Assembly (NCBI GenBank): GCA_903904885.1 | Contig: CAIVED010000012.1 | Coordinates: 34,130-98,129 of the forward strand | DNA from: an uncultured archaeon | GTDB lineage: Archaea > Nanobdellota > Nanobdellia > Woesearchaeales > CAIVOO01 | Reading direction: 5' to 3' | Length of the DNA: 64,000 bases | Part shown: positions 9,650 to 18,641 of the stretch, piece after piece | How positions within the stretch are numbered: position 1 is the stretch's first letter | Layout of the letters: each line of letters starts with the position of its first letter | Made by a program: the position numbers and the translations under genes | The notes under the pieces: model-generated | Database searches by the model: none | What the model saw: only the letters and a program-made list of their open reading frames with translations | What the model was told of the DNA's origin: nothing

Positions 9650-10693
9650 GTGTGTGTTAATATGACAAAGGAAAAACAGCCAAAACATCAAGAGCAGGGC
9701 GATACGAGAAGGAATCTGCTAATCGGCGGCGGCGCCGCGGTTGTTGCAGGATTGGCATCACTATACATCTCAGGTAGGGCAAAAGCCCCTGATGAACAGT
9801 GGCCGTTTTTGCACAGGGAACAAATTCTCAAACACCCAAAAATGGAACAAATAGAGAAGGAATTTGTTCCTTTCGGACTGGAACAGGATATTTCATATCC
9901 CTGGGAAATAGAGGAGCTAAACAATATCCTGAGGACGCAAATTTCAGAAGAGATGGCGAGAAGAGGTTTTGACCCTTCAATTGAATATGTCATTGAGCCA
10001 AGTTGCAGGTACTGCGGGTTGCCTGATGAAGCAAAGGTTACAAAATCTTTGGCAGACTATTGCAGAAATGCTGCGGGTTTCATGCAGGCCCGTCTAAGAA
10101 TGGAAAAATTTAATCCGGAATTTACAATCCTAACTCCGGGTTCAGATTTTGAAAACGATTTTAATGGCCGGGTTTTTATTGGAAACAGCTATTGTTTCCT
10201 GAGAAAAATGGATGTAATCAATCCCGCTGATCCTGGCAAAAATTTTTCTGCATTCGCAAAGGAATGTTTGCAGGGTGGCATGAGCAGGGGAACGGTTGAT
10301 AAAGGAAATCGCGACTGGTGGTATGGTTTTGTGGCAGCAGGGGAGGGCGCATTGACAAGTGCATTCTCCGAAATCCTTCACAGGTCAACCATGGTTAAAT
10401 TTTATGAGCACATGCAATCCGCAGGTTTCGAGGCGGCCCAGGCAGATGAGGCGGTTGTTGAGGGCATTGCTTACATTCTTTCATCTGCTCTTGCAAAGGA
10501 ATTGAAAATTCCTGATGGAGCCGGCATTGTAAGGAAGGCAGTTTCAGATCTGCTAACAGATAAAATATGTGCAACCAGATATAAACATCTACCCAGTGCA
10601 GTAAACTGGATGAATAAAAACGGCATCCAGAATGCCTACGACTTGTACATGCAAGACCCTCAGAAGTTTATGGATGCGATTAAAAAATCATAA
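9650..10693 (+). CDS. TAT-signal secreted protein, paralog 1 of a tandem triplet (unknown family)
   Basis: Twin-arginine signal DTRRNLLIGGGAAVVAGLASL. Shares GSDFEND, GFVGNSYC, SPFSEL, EGIAYILS and C-terminal NGIQNAYDLYMQDPQKFMDAIKKS with the next two genes. Confidence 0.6.
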   Translation: MCVNMTKEKQPKHQEQGDTRRNLLIGGGAAVVAGLASLYISGRAKAPDEQWPFLHREQILKHPKMEQIEKEFVPFGLEQDISYPWEIEELNNILRTQISEEMARRGFDPSIEYVIEPSCRYCGLPDEAKVTKSLADYCRNAAGFMQARLRMEKFNPEFTILTPGSDFENDFNGRVFIGNSYCFLRKMDVINPADPGKNFSAFAKECLQGGMSRGTVDKGNRDWWYGFVAAGEGALTSAFSEILHRSTMVKFYEHMQSAGFEAAQADEAVVEGIAYILSSALAKELKIPDGAGIVRKAVSDLLTDKICATRYKHLPSAVNWMNKNGIQNAYDLYMQDPQKFMDAIKKS

Positions 10694-10705
10694 TTTTAAG
10701 ATGAT

Positions 10706-11725
10706 ATGACAAAGAAAAAACAGCAAAAAAAGGTTGAAACTCAAAAGCAAGATAGGAGAAATTTTCTTAAAGTTGCTGCAGCATCTCTTGTTCCGGTTTT
10801 TCTTAGATCTCAAAATTCTGATACTAACAAATGGGACTTTTTGAATGCAGAATCAAAAGCAGACAGCATAAAAGATGTTGAACAGGTTTATTCAGATGGA
10901 GTTCCTCTTGAGAGTGAAGGAGATGCGGCCTATAACTTCCAGGTTGCAGACATTCAGAGAAATATGGAATCTGAAGGAATTATGCAGGAAATGAGGAAAA
11001 AAGGCATAAATGCTACCATAAGGCTTACAAAACAGACTTTCGGAATTCCGGATGCCCGGTACGGAAAACAAATGGGAGCATATTGCAGGACTGCTGAAAG
11101 ATATATCAACCAAAAAATCAGGCTTATAACTCCAATAAGTTTAGACTGGGTTGTGCTGGCAAGCGGGGATAATTTTGAAAATGATGATACCAACAAAGGT
11201 TTTGTTGGAAACTGCTATTGCCAGCTATATCATGCAACAGCAGGAGAGCTGGGCAATCCCGCACGGTCTGTTGACAGGAAAGTCTTTTTGGCTAAAAATG
11301 GCGGGTTAACCAGCACCAGCACTGAAAAAGACAAGTTTATTTCCGGATTCGTGTTTATAGGGACAACTGCCTGCGCGCTAACAAGCCCCTTTTCAGAGCT
11401 TCTTGCCCTTCATTCAGAAGACCAGTTTAACGCCCATTCCGCTAAATCTGCTTCATCCATAGGAATGCAAACAAACGAAGCATGGCATGAAGGACTAGCG
11501 TTCATACTTTCTTACAAGCTTGCAGCAGAATTAGGCATTCCTGGAGGCCCCGAATATGTTATGAAAACTGTCAGGAATCTAGTGCAGTTGGGGAGAGAGT
11601 ATGAATATCTTGGAAACTCAATAAGATGGATGCAGAAAAATGGAATCCAGGCAGCCTATGACCTCTACATGAGAGATGACCCTCAGAAGTTTTTTGATGC
11701 GATAAAGAAATCCGGAATAAAATGA
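10706..11725 (+). CDS. TAT-signal secreted protein, paralog 2
   Basis: DRRNFLKVAAASLVP (RRxFLK). GDNFEND, GFVGNCYC, SPFSELL, WHEGLAFILS, NGIQAAYDLYMRDDPQKFFDAIKKS. Confidence 0.6.
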   Translation: MTKKKQQKKVETQKQDRRNFLKVAAASLVPVFLRSQNSDTNKWDFLNAESKADSIKDVEQVYSDGVPLESEGDAAYNFQVADIQRNMESEGIMQEMRKKGINATIRLTKQTFGIPDARYGKQMGAYCRTAERYINQKIRLITPISLDWVVLASGDNFENDDTNKGFVGNCYCQLYHATAGELGNPARSVDRKVFLAKNGGLTSTSTEKDKFISGFVFIGTTACALTSPFSELLALHSEDQFNAHSAKSASSIGMQTNEAWHEGLAFILSYKLAAELGIPGGPEYVMKTVRNLVQLGREYEYLGNSIRWMQKNGIQAAYDLYMRDDPQKFFDAIKKSGIK

Positions 11726-12732
11726 CAAAAAAAGAACGAAATACTTCAAGAAGAACCGCCCTTTTAGGAATCGGAGCACTGGCCTCACTTCCATTTATCC
11801 TAAGCTCTGACGACGGCTCTACTGAATTTTCCGGGGAAAAGCTGAATTTTTTTAACCGTGAGATATTTATAGACCGCTTTGCAGAAACCCCGGAAGGGGT
11901 ATACCAAAATTGCGTTGCGCTTTGCCCTGAAATCCTCATGCCGCAGAGTTTCGAAGCGGAGCGGCTGAAACAAATCTGGGGCGACGGGATTGCCGGGGAA
12001 ATTGAAGAAAAGGGCATGAGCCCCCAAACAGATGTTTCGCTCAGGATGCAGTTTTTCGGGCTACCCGATGGCGCTGAATTTATGGTGCCCCTGAAAGGCT
12101 ATTGCGAAAAGGCATCGCGCTATCTTTATTCGCAGCTAAGTGGGCTGGAAAAACAGGCTATGGAATGGATAATAATAAAGCGGGGTGATAATTTTGTGAA
12201 AAATTGCGGCAACAAAGGGTTTGTCGGGAACAGCTATGGCTATCGGGTGGTGGCCTTTGCAGAAAATCCCCGTGAGCCGGGCAAGCCGATTTTAAGGGAG
12301 GCATTTTACCCGTTCCACGGAAGCACTGCCTATTCCCATAAAAAGGAAACCCTGCTGGAAGTCAACCCGTTCAAATTTATTTTTATCGGGGTTGGGGGGC
12401 GGGCATTTGCTGCCCCGTTTTCCGAACTTATCGGGCTTTCAACAATGGAGAGGATGAATCAGAATGACGGGCTTACTTTTTTGGAAAGCATTCAATCCAA
12501 TGAGGCTATGCATGAAGCAATCGCAGATTCGCTTGCGCAGGGCATTTTGCGCGAGATGAATGTTTCCGAACGGGAGGGAGCTATCAAAAAAACCAGGGAT
12601 GCCCTGGTCGACCCGAAATATTCCTATGTCCCGAACGCAAGGAAATTTGTAGAACGAAACGGCATTCAGGCAACCTTTGACCTTTACATGGAAAGCCCAA
12701 AGAAGTTTATGGAAGAAATAACGAAATCCTGA
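11722..12732 (+). CDS. TAT-signal secreted protein, paralog 3
   Basis: SRRTALLGIGALASLPF. GDNFVKN, GFVGNSYG, APFSELI, MHEAIADSLA, NGIQATFDLYMESPKKFMEEITKS. ATGA overlap with paralog 2. Confidence 0.6.
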   Translation: MTKKERNTSRRTALLGIGALASLPFILSSDDGSTEFSGEKLNFFNREIFIDRFAETPEGVYQNCVALCPEILMPQSFEAERLKQIWGDGIAGEIEEKGMSPQTDVSLRMQFFGLPDGAEFMVPLKGYCEKASRYLYSQLSGLEKQAMEWIIIKRGDNFVKNCGNKGFVGNSYGYRVVAFAENPREPGKPILREAFYPFHGSTAYSHKKETLLEVNPFKFIFIGVGGRAFAAPFSELIGLSTMERMNQNDGLTFLESIQSNEAMHEAIADSLAQGILREMNVSEREGAIKKTRDALVDPKYSYVPNARKFVERNGIQATFDLYMESPKKFMEEITKS

Positions 12733-12772
12733 GAGAAAACCTTATAAAACCCGCAATTTTCTATATTATATA

Positions 12773-13735
12773 ATGGACAGCAAAACAGATGAGCTAATCA
12801 GGCGGAACACAGAGGAAATTGTAACAGAAGAGGAATTCTCGGAAGTTCTGAAGAAGAAGAATCCGACTGTCTACTGCGGCTACGAGCCTAACGGGCCAAT
12901 GCACCTTGGGCATTTTGTAACAATCACAAAGCTTATGGACCTGCAGAAAGCAGGTTTCAAGGTAAAGATTCTTTTGGCAGATGTCCATGCGCTTTTGAAC
13001 AGGAAGGGAAGCGAGGAAGACATTGCAAAGGAAGTTGAGAGATGGAGAAAAACAATCAAGGCAATCGGCTGCGAGGCGGAGGTTGTTTTGGGAAGCTCCT
13101 TCCAGTTTGCAAAGGAATACCAGCTGGATGTCATGCGCCTTGCCCAGGCTTCAACAATCAACAGGGGATTGAGAAGCATGCAGGAAATCGCAAGGGACAT
13201 TGAAAATGCAACAATTTCGCAGCTGATGTACCCGCTTATGCAGGTTGTTGACATCAAGGCATTGAAAGTTGACGTTGCTCTTGGAGGAATAGAGCAGAGA
13301 AAGGTCCACATGATTGGCAAGGATTTGGCAAAAATACTGGATTACAAATTTGTTGCATTCCATACTCCGTTGATTACCTCATTGAAAGGGCCCGGTGAAA
13401 AAATGTCAAAATCAATTCCCGGCTCGGGCATTTCGGTAACCGATTCCTATGAAGAAATCCAAAAAACAATAAGAAACGCCTACTGCCCCGAGAGGGTCAA
13501 GGCAGAAAACCCTGTCCTTCAGATTGCGAGGCTGATAATTTTCCCCAGGTTTGAGAAAATAAAAATAGAAAGGCCTGAGAAATTCGGGGGCAATCTTGAG
13601 ATAAAAAATGCCGACGAGCTTGAAGAGATGTACGGGGAAGGCAAAATCCATCCATTGGACTTGAAGAACGCAGTCACCGAGCACCTGGAGAAGATAGTCG
13701 GGCCGATCAGGGAGCAGTATAATTCTATAAAATAG
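12773..13735 (+). CDS. tyrS: Tyrosyl-tRNA synthetase (archaeal type)
   Basis: YCGYEPNGPMHLGH (HIGH) and KMSKS. Closely co-linear with the M. jannaschii TyrRS sequence recalled from memory (RPEKFGG, HP[LM]DLKNAV). Confidence 0.9.
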   Translation: MDSKTDELIRRNTEEIVTEEEFSEVLKKKNPTVYCGYEPNGPMHLGHFVTITKLMDLQKAGFKVKILLADVHALLNRKGSEEDIAKEVERWRKTIKAIGCEAEVVLGSSFQFAKEYQLDVMRLAQASTINRGLRSMQEIARDIENATISQLMYPLMQVVDIKALKVDVALGGIEQRKVHMIGKDLAKILDYKFVAFHTPLITSLKGPGEKMSKSIPGSGISVTDSYEEIQKTIRNAYCPERVKAENPVLQIARLIIFPRFEKIKIERPEKFGGNLEIKNADELEEMYGEGKIHPLDLKNAVTEHLEKIVGPIREQYNSIK

Positions 13736-13765
13736 GTTTATAAATTTTTCTAGCATAACGGATTC

Positions 13766-14443
13766 ATGGAAATTTCAAAGCTAAAAGATGCTGCAAAAGC
13801 CCATCTGGTGGATTCCACAGCCCTGCTTGCAGCCTCGAGCCCTGTTTTTTGCGCATTTGAAACAATGATTGCAAAAATGTCCAACGATGTTTCATTGCAT
13901 ACCCGGCTTTATGTAATGGCTCTCACCTATGCAGGACTTGGCTATGCAATAGGAAAAGGCAGGGATATGTCAAGGAAAATTTTCAACATAACCCAGGAAA
14001 CAAGGGAACGATTCCAGCAGATTCACGATTCGCTTTACCTTTCGGCAATTAACATTCCTCTGTCCGCAGGGCTGTATGCCGCATCAGGAGAAACAGATAT
14101 TAAAAAAATTGCAGCCGGAACTATTTCTGCAGTTATTTTTGGGGCTTTACTAGGCCCGCTTATCGGATACTCAATGGATGTTTACAGGGATTTGACAGAG
14201 CTCAGCAAATGCGAGCGAAGAGCATATCCGGAAATAATCCGCGGCCTTAGACCGCGCTTAAAGAAAGCGCTGGCAGTCTCGTTAACAGCAGCGTCAATAT
14301 CTTCCATGGCATTGGTTTATTCATTTAACCCCTACGAAAGCGCAGCAAATCATGAAAACCCCGCTGCAAGGCCCGCAATCAGTGCAGATTTCCGTCAGAG
14401 TTCACTGGACAGCATTGTTACGGGACCTGAGGTGCTTGACTAA
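13766..14443 (+). CDS. Hypothetical membrane protein
   Basis: 225 aa with several hydrophobic segments and no recognisable motif. Confidence 0.45.
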   Translation: MEISKLKDAAKAHLVDSTALLAASSPVFCAFETMIAKMSNDVSLHTRLYVMALTYAGLGYAIGKGRDMSRKIFNITQETRERFQQIHDSLYLSAINIPLSAGLYAASGETDIKKIAAGTISAVIFGALLGPLIGYSMDVYRDLTELSKCERRAYPEIIRGLRPRLKKALAVSLTAASISSMALVYSFNPYESAANHENPAARPAISADFRQSSLDSIVTGPEVLD

Positions 14444-15201
14444 CTATTCCCGTTCCACTTGTGAAATTGCGCCATGGCTTTAACCAAATCGTTTGCAGAG
14501 AAGTCGCTCCAGTTCTTGTCGGAAAAGTAAATCTTTGCATTGCCAGAGTCCCACAGCAAAAATCCTGACAGGTGCTTTGAGCCGTCCATGACAATGAGCA
14601 GTTCCGGCGGCATGAAATAGGAGCTGTAAAGGTTTTCCTTTATCATCTCCTTTGTTATCGCTTCAGGGTCCATTTTCTCTGCCTTTATTTTTTTGCCGAG
14701 CAGCCTGCAGGCGTCTGCAATCTCCTCCTGGCCGTCATAGTTTATGCAGAAGTTCAGGAAGAACTTGTCATATTCCTTTGTCTCATCGGACAGCTTTTTG
14801 ATAGCATCCACAAGCTTTCCCGGCAGGTTGTACCACTTGCCCAAAACCGAAATCTTGACCTTGTTGTGGTGTATCTTCTTCTCATGGGCCAAATCATTGA
14901 AAAATGATGATATTGCCTCGACTATGGCCGGGAATTCATCGTTTTTGCTGGTCTCGGCAGAAAGAAGGTAGACTGTGAAGATAGGAACGCCGTACTGGGA
15001 CTGTATGTCGATGAAATCCTTTATCTTCGCCAGCTTGTTCTTGAAATGCTGCTCAACAGGTATCTTTATGCCCTTGGCTGAATAATTGTTGTATGTGAGG
15101 GCAATGTGCTTCGGCAGGGTTGCCTTTTTCTTCCTGTTAAGGGCTTTGAGGAATTTTTCCATCATCTTGGGCCTGATTACAGCCCAAATCTTTATAAACA
15201 T
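14440..15201 (-). CDS. cis-Prenyltransferase (UPP synthase) fold protein with a non-canonical active site
   Basis: C-terminal half aligns with the UPPS motifs NYDGQEEI and GFLLWDSGNAKIYFSDKNWSDF. The N-terminal HIALTYNNYSAKG sits where UPPS has H(V/I)AIIMDGNRRWA. Start trimmed to the internal Met of ORF 14440..15348. Confidence 0.6.
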   Translation of the reverse strand: MFIKIWAVIRPKMMEKFLKALNRKKKATLPKHIALTYNNYSAKGIKIPVEQHFKNKLAKIKDFIDIQSQYGVPIFTVYLLSAETSKNDEFPAIVEAISSFFNDLAHEKKIHHNKVKISVLGKWYNLPGKLVDAIKKLSDETKEYDKFFLNFCINYDGQEEIADACRLLGKKIKAEKMDPEAITKEMIKENLYSSYFMPPELLIVMDGSKHLSGFLLWDSGNAKIYFSDKNWSDFSANDLVKAMAQFHKWNGNS

Positions 15202-15222
15202 TTTGCCCCACTGCCTGTTAAA

Positions 15223-16080
15223 ATGATGGCGGTTTTTCTCCTCGTGGCGCTTTTTGTGCTGGTTTTGGGCAGTTACACAGACTTTAGGACAAGAGAGGTG
15301 CCTGACTGGGTCAATTATGGGCTTATTTTCTGCGGAATAGGGCTTCACGGGCTTCTCAGCGCGGTTTCCTGGAGCTGGTGGCCTGTTCTTTCCTCAGGCA
15401 TCGGCCTGGGCATAGGAATGGGCATAGCATTCGCAATGTACTACGCAGGCCAGTGGGGCGGAGGCGATGCAAAGATGCTGATGGGGCTTGGTGCAATAAT
15501 CGGGTTTGAGCTTTCTGCTGATAGCTTTCTCTTGTCTTTTCTGGTCAATGTTTTCCTGCTTGGCGCTTTCTACGGGCTTGGCTATGGGGTATTTTTGGCG
15601 ATTAAAAACAGGAAGTCATTCGGCGGGGCTTACAATAAATTGCGGTCAAAAATTCCGGAGTTTATTAAACGTGGAATTGTTATTATTTGGATAGTGACTG
15701 CGGGGCTGTTGCTGTCTTTCCTGTTACTGAAAAATTTAATTCTGGTCTATTTCGGGGCGATTTTAGTTATACTTTTGGCATTCTACCATCTCTATCTCTT
15801 TGCGAAATCAATAGAAAAATGCTGCATGATAAAATATGCAACCCCCTCGCAGCTGACAGAGGGCGACTGGATTGTGAATGATGTTTATGTCAAGGGAAAA
15901 AGAATCTGCGGCCCGAAAGATTTGGGCATTTTGAAGAAGCAGATTAATGCTTTGAAAAGAGCAAAGGTGAAACAAGTTCTGGTTAAGGACGGCATTCCGT
16001 TTGTGCCGAGCTTTCTGATTGCCTTCATAGTAACGCTGCTTGCGGGGAATGTTTTCTTTGTTTTATTTTCTGTATTGTAA
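15223..16080 (+). CDS. Type IV prepilin/preflagellin peptidase (A24 family, PibD/FlaK/EppA-like)
   Basis: First catalytic Asp sits in YTDFRTREVPDW and the second in GGGDAKMLMGLGAIIGF. Polytopic membrane protein with an extra C-terminal TM region. Confidence 0.75.
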   Translation: MMAVFLLVALFVLVLGSYTDFRTREVPDWVNYGLIFCGIGLHGLLSAVSWSWWPVLSSGIGLGIGMGIAFAMYYAGQWGGGDAKMLMGLGAIIGFELSADSFLLSFLVNVFLLGAFYGLGYGVFLAIKNRKSFGGAYNKLRSKIPEFIKRGIVIIWIVTAGLLLSFLLLKNLILVYFGAILVILLAFYHLYLFAKSIEKCCMIKYATPSQLTEGDWIVNDVYVKGKRICGPKDLGILKKQINALKRAKVKQVLVKDGIPFVPSFLIAFIVTLLAGNVFFVLFSVL

Positions 16081-16099
16081 AGAAATACAAGTTATAACT

Positions 16100-16133
16100 T
16101 ATGGGTAGTAAAAATAAAAAGGCTTAAATATGA
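16100..16133 (+). promoter_or_regulatory. Extended promoter motif copy 2
   Basis: TATGGGTAGTAAAAATAAAAAGGCTTAAATATG, upstream of 16144. Confidence 0.45.
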
Positions 16134-16143
16134 TGTTCTATTA

Positions 16144-16476
16144 TTGGAAAATATGGCCCCACTAAACTTTTATGGCAGGAAAATAGAAGAGCCCGCTGAA
16201 GAAATGGGAATGTATGTTACTTTTAAGGATGAGCCAATAACCGCATTTTTCCCAAGGTACACGCGAATACCCGCAAGATTTTTTGAGGAGCGATCAGCAG
16301 GGCTTTCTGCTGAAGAATTTGTGGAAAAGGCGACAGAATGCATTGAAAAGCTGCAATCGCAAAAATCAGGGAAAATAGGAATGGGCTGCCCGGCAAGTCT
16401 CATGTATAACATAAAAAAGCTGCATAACGCGCAAATGTTCCTGAAACAGGTTTTAGGCGCTTTGGCAAAGGCATGA
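16144..16476 (+). CDS. Hypothetical protein
   Basis: 110 aa ORF downstream of the promoter motif. Confidence 0.4.
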   Translation: MENMAPLNFYGRKIEEPAEEMGMYVTFKDEPITAFFPRYTRIPARFFEERSAGLSAEEFVEKATECIEKLQSQKSGKIGMGCPASLMYNIKKLHNAQMFLKQVLGALAKA

Positions 16477-16531
16477 TTTTGCGCGGCAAATAATAATAAA
16501 CTATTTAAAACAAAGAGAAAATTAAATCTTT

Positions 16532-16894
16532 ATGGACGAATTAAAAAATATTGAAATAGAACTTGAGAATCAACAGCCATTTTCAGAGCTTAGCTATCCA
16601 GATATGGGCCTAGAAGAATGGAGGCAGACAAAACTGACCAAAGGAGAAGGCCTTATTTTCTCCAAGACTTTCCTGGGCTTTAAAACGGATGTGGTTTTAA
16701 TAAAACGAGGGGAATATTACGGTGTAGTCGCAAGGGCATTTGCTTTAGAGGGAACAAACGGCAGTAAAAAATACGAGATTAAGCATGGCGAAAAAGAAGA
16801 ACTTTTTCCGGATTATGATTCTGCAATGGAATATGCTGTTCGAGAAAGCAAGAAGGTTGAAAAATTCATTTATGCTATCTTGGCGCCGGTATAA
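16532..16894 (+). CDS. Hypothetical protein
   Basis: 120 aa ORF. Confidence 0.4.
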   Translation: MDELKNIEIELENQQPFSELSYPDMGLEEWRQTKLTKGEGLIFSKTFLGFKTDVVLIKRGEYYGVVARAFALEGTNGSKKYEIKHGEKEELFPDYDSAMEYAVRESKKVEKFIYAILAPV

Positions 16895-17956
16895 TTACAT
16901 TTTCCTGGTTTTTTCAAACAATGCCTTTTGCGCGGGAGTCATTTTTTTAACCTTGCCGGCATCAATCAAAACCACAGCCCACTCCCCATTTGGTTTTTGG
17001 TATGCCATGAAATTTTTCTCCTGGGTAGCGTCCGCTATAATGTAGCCTGCATCACCAACTGCATTAATCAGGTCATCCTGCGCAAACCTTATTTTGCCGT
17101 AGTCCACAGTTTTAGCAGTGCCAAGAGCCTCGTCCAGGGTTTTGCCCGGAATTTGCTCAGTAATCATGTAGGTGGGCGCAACCGCATAAACCTTGGGAAC
17201 TTCTAGGCCTAATTTCCCAAACTCGTCAAAAATTCGTGCTTGTTCAGCATAGGAGTTGAATATTGTCTTGCTAACTAAAGGGCTCTCCTTGGAAACCTTT
17301 ACGACAACATCCGTGGTGCTTTCTATCCCGTACTTTTTTGCCATGTCTTTGGGCACTGAAAAGGTGACGCTTTCTACGCCTTCACCCAAATAGTACTTGC
17401 TCGCACTTGCCCCGGTATCAACAGTGCTCACCCTGCCATTAGTCTTGACCATATCAAAGGTGCCCAGATCGGATATCGCCCGCGCCCTTTCCTCTGCAGA
17501 ACCCTTAAATAGCGAGGCTGCCCTTCCCCCGGTAACCTCATCAACGAGAAGTATCCTGTCGCCTCTTTTTAGAAATTCCTCCAGCTTTTTTGGATCTGCT
17601 CTTGCTGCTTCATATAATTTTTTAATCTCTGCTGAAGCAATCGCATCAGAGCCAAACATGTCGTTAAGGTAGCGGTAATATGCATCAGCAGTTCTTGCCG
17701 TAGGCGCTCTGATTCTGGGGGTTTCTCCAACAGCCATTATTTTTGCCGCAGGCAGCGAAGGATTCTGCACACGCTCAAAAGCAGCTTCAATGCTTGCAGC
17801 GAGTTGAAGGCATTCCTGAGAACTTGCACTAACCAGGGGAGTGCTTCCGGCAGCTCCGGTTATGCTTGCAACAGAACCCTGCTGAACAACCTGCGAAAGA
17901 AAAATGCCAAAAAGCGCCAAAAAAACAACAAAAACCAAAAACCCCTTTTTCATCAT
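16895..17956 (-). CDS. Secreted hypothetical protein. N-terminal domain is paralogous to 18642..20450.
   Basis: MMKKGFLVFVVFLALFGIFL signal (possible class III KKG|F). Shared GSVASITGAAGS...ECLQLAASIEAAFERVQNP module. Confidence 0.55.
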   Translation of the reverse strand: MMKKGFLVFVVFLALFGIFLSQVVQQGSVASITGAAGSTPLVSASSQECLQLAASIEAAFERVQNPSLPAAKIMAVGETPRIRAPTARTADAYYRYLNDMFGSDAIASAEIKKLYEAARADPKKLEEFLKRGDRILLVDEVTGGRAASLFKGSAEERARAISDLGTFDMVKTNGRVSTVDTGASASKYYLGEGVESVTFSVPKDMAKKYGIESTTDVVVKVSKESPLVSKTIFNSYAEQARIFDEFGKLGLEVPKVYAVAPTYMITEQIPGKTLDEALGTAKTVDYGKIRFAQDDLINAVGDAGYIIADATQEKNFMAYQKPNGEWAVVLIDAGKVKKMTPAQKALFEKTRKM

Positions 17957-18048
17957 TATGAGAACATATTTGCGAACCAGCTATTTAAATTTTTCCCGCA
18001 AACCCGAAATTTCATGGTTTAAAGACCACAGAGAACATATTTGTAACC

Positions 18049-18082
18049 TAATAGTAGTAAAAAATAGAAAGATTTAAATAGT
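18049..18082 (+). promoter_or_regulatory. Extended promoter motif copy 3
   Basis: CTAATAGTAGTAAAAAATAGAAAGATTTAAATAGTC, upstream of 18103. Confidence 0.5.
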
Positions 18083-18102
18083 CATTTTGTTTAATAGTCC
18101 GA

Positions 18103-18636
18103 ATGAACCTTGAAAAAGTCCTTCAGGATTGCGAACTTGATGCACAAAAAAATAGTGATGCTGAACTAGTAGGCAAAGGAAGCGTTAGTCTTGGTGAAGA
18201 CGAGTGCAGAAAAATCCTAAAATATGTTTCTAATGCGATTGATTACAATCTTAAACAGGAGAAAAAAGACGGCACCAAGGAAAGGCTTGCAGAAATGAAC
18301 AAACTGCTTTGCGAGGCCGGCTCAAACATGGAGTTATTCTCGTATCCGCATTCAAGGTCGAAGGTCAGCGGTTTCAGGGCAATCGCAGTAGGCTGCATGA
18401 CAACAATTGCTGAGGAAATGGATTACAAACTTTGGGCTGAAAACGGCTCGAAAGGCGAAGACCCGGTATATGATGTTCCCGAGGATTTGCCATTTGTTGG
18501 CATATGCGCAGGCTCAGAGGAAAGGGTCGCGCAGTTCAGGTTTGTAAAGAAAGATGCTTCCGGAGCCCTTACAAAAATCCCTGGGCAGGGAGGAACGGAT
18601 TTTGGGCGCTATGCCTGGGCATATCTAGACAGCTAA
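18103..18636 (+). CDS. Hypothetical protein
   Basis: 177 aa ORF. Confidence 0.4.
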   Translation: MNLEKVLQDCELDAQKNSDAELVGKGSVSLGEDECRKILKYVSNAIDYNLKQEKKDGTKERLAEMNKLLCEAGSNMELFSYPHSRSKVSGFRAIAVGCMTTIAEEMDYKLWAENGSKGEDPVYDVPEDLPFVGICAGSEERVAQFRFVKKDASGALTKIPGQGGTDFGRYAWAYLDS

Positions 18637-18641
18637 TTTAT

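Noticed and set aside
14440-15348. Full-length 302-aa version of the UPPS-like ORF
   Set aside because: The first 49 codons (His/Lys-rich) overlap the divergently transcribed prepilin peptidase gene's 5' region. An internal Met gives the expected UPPS-fold length.
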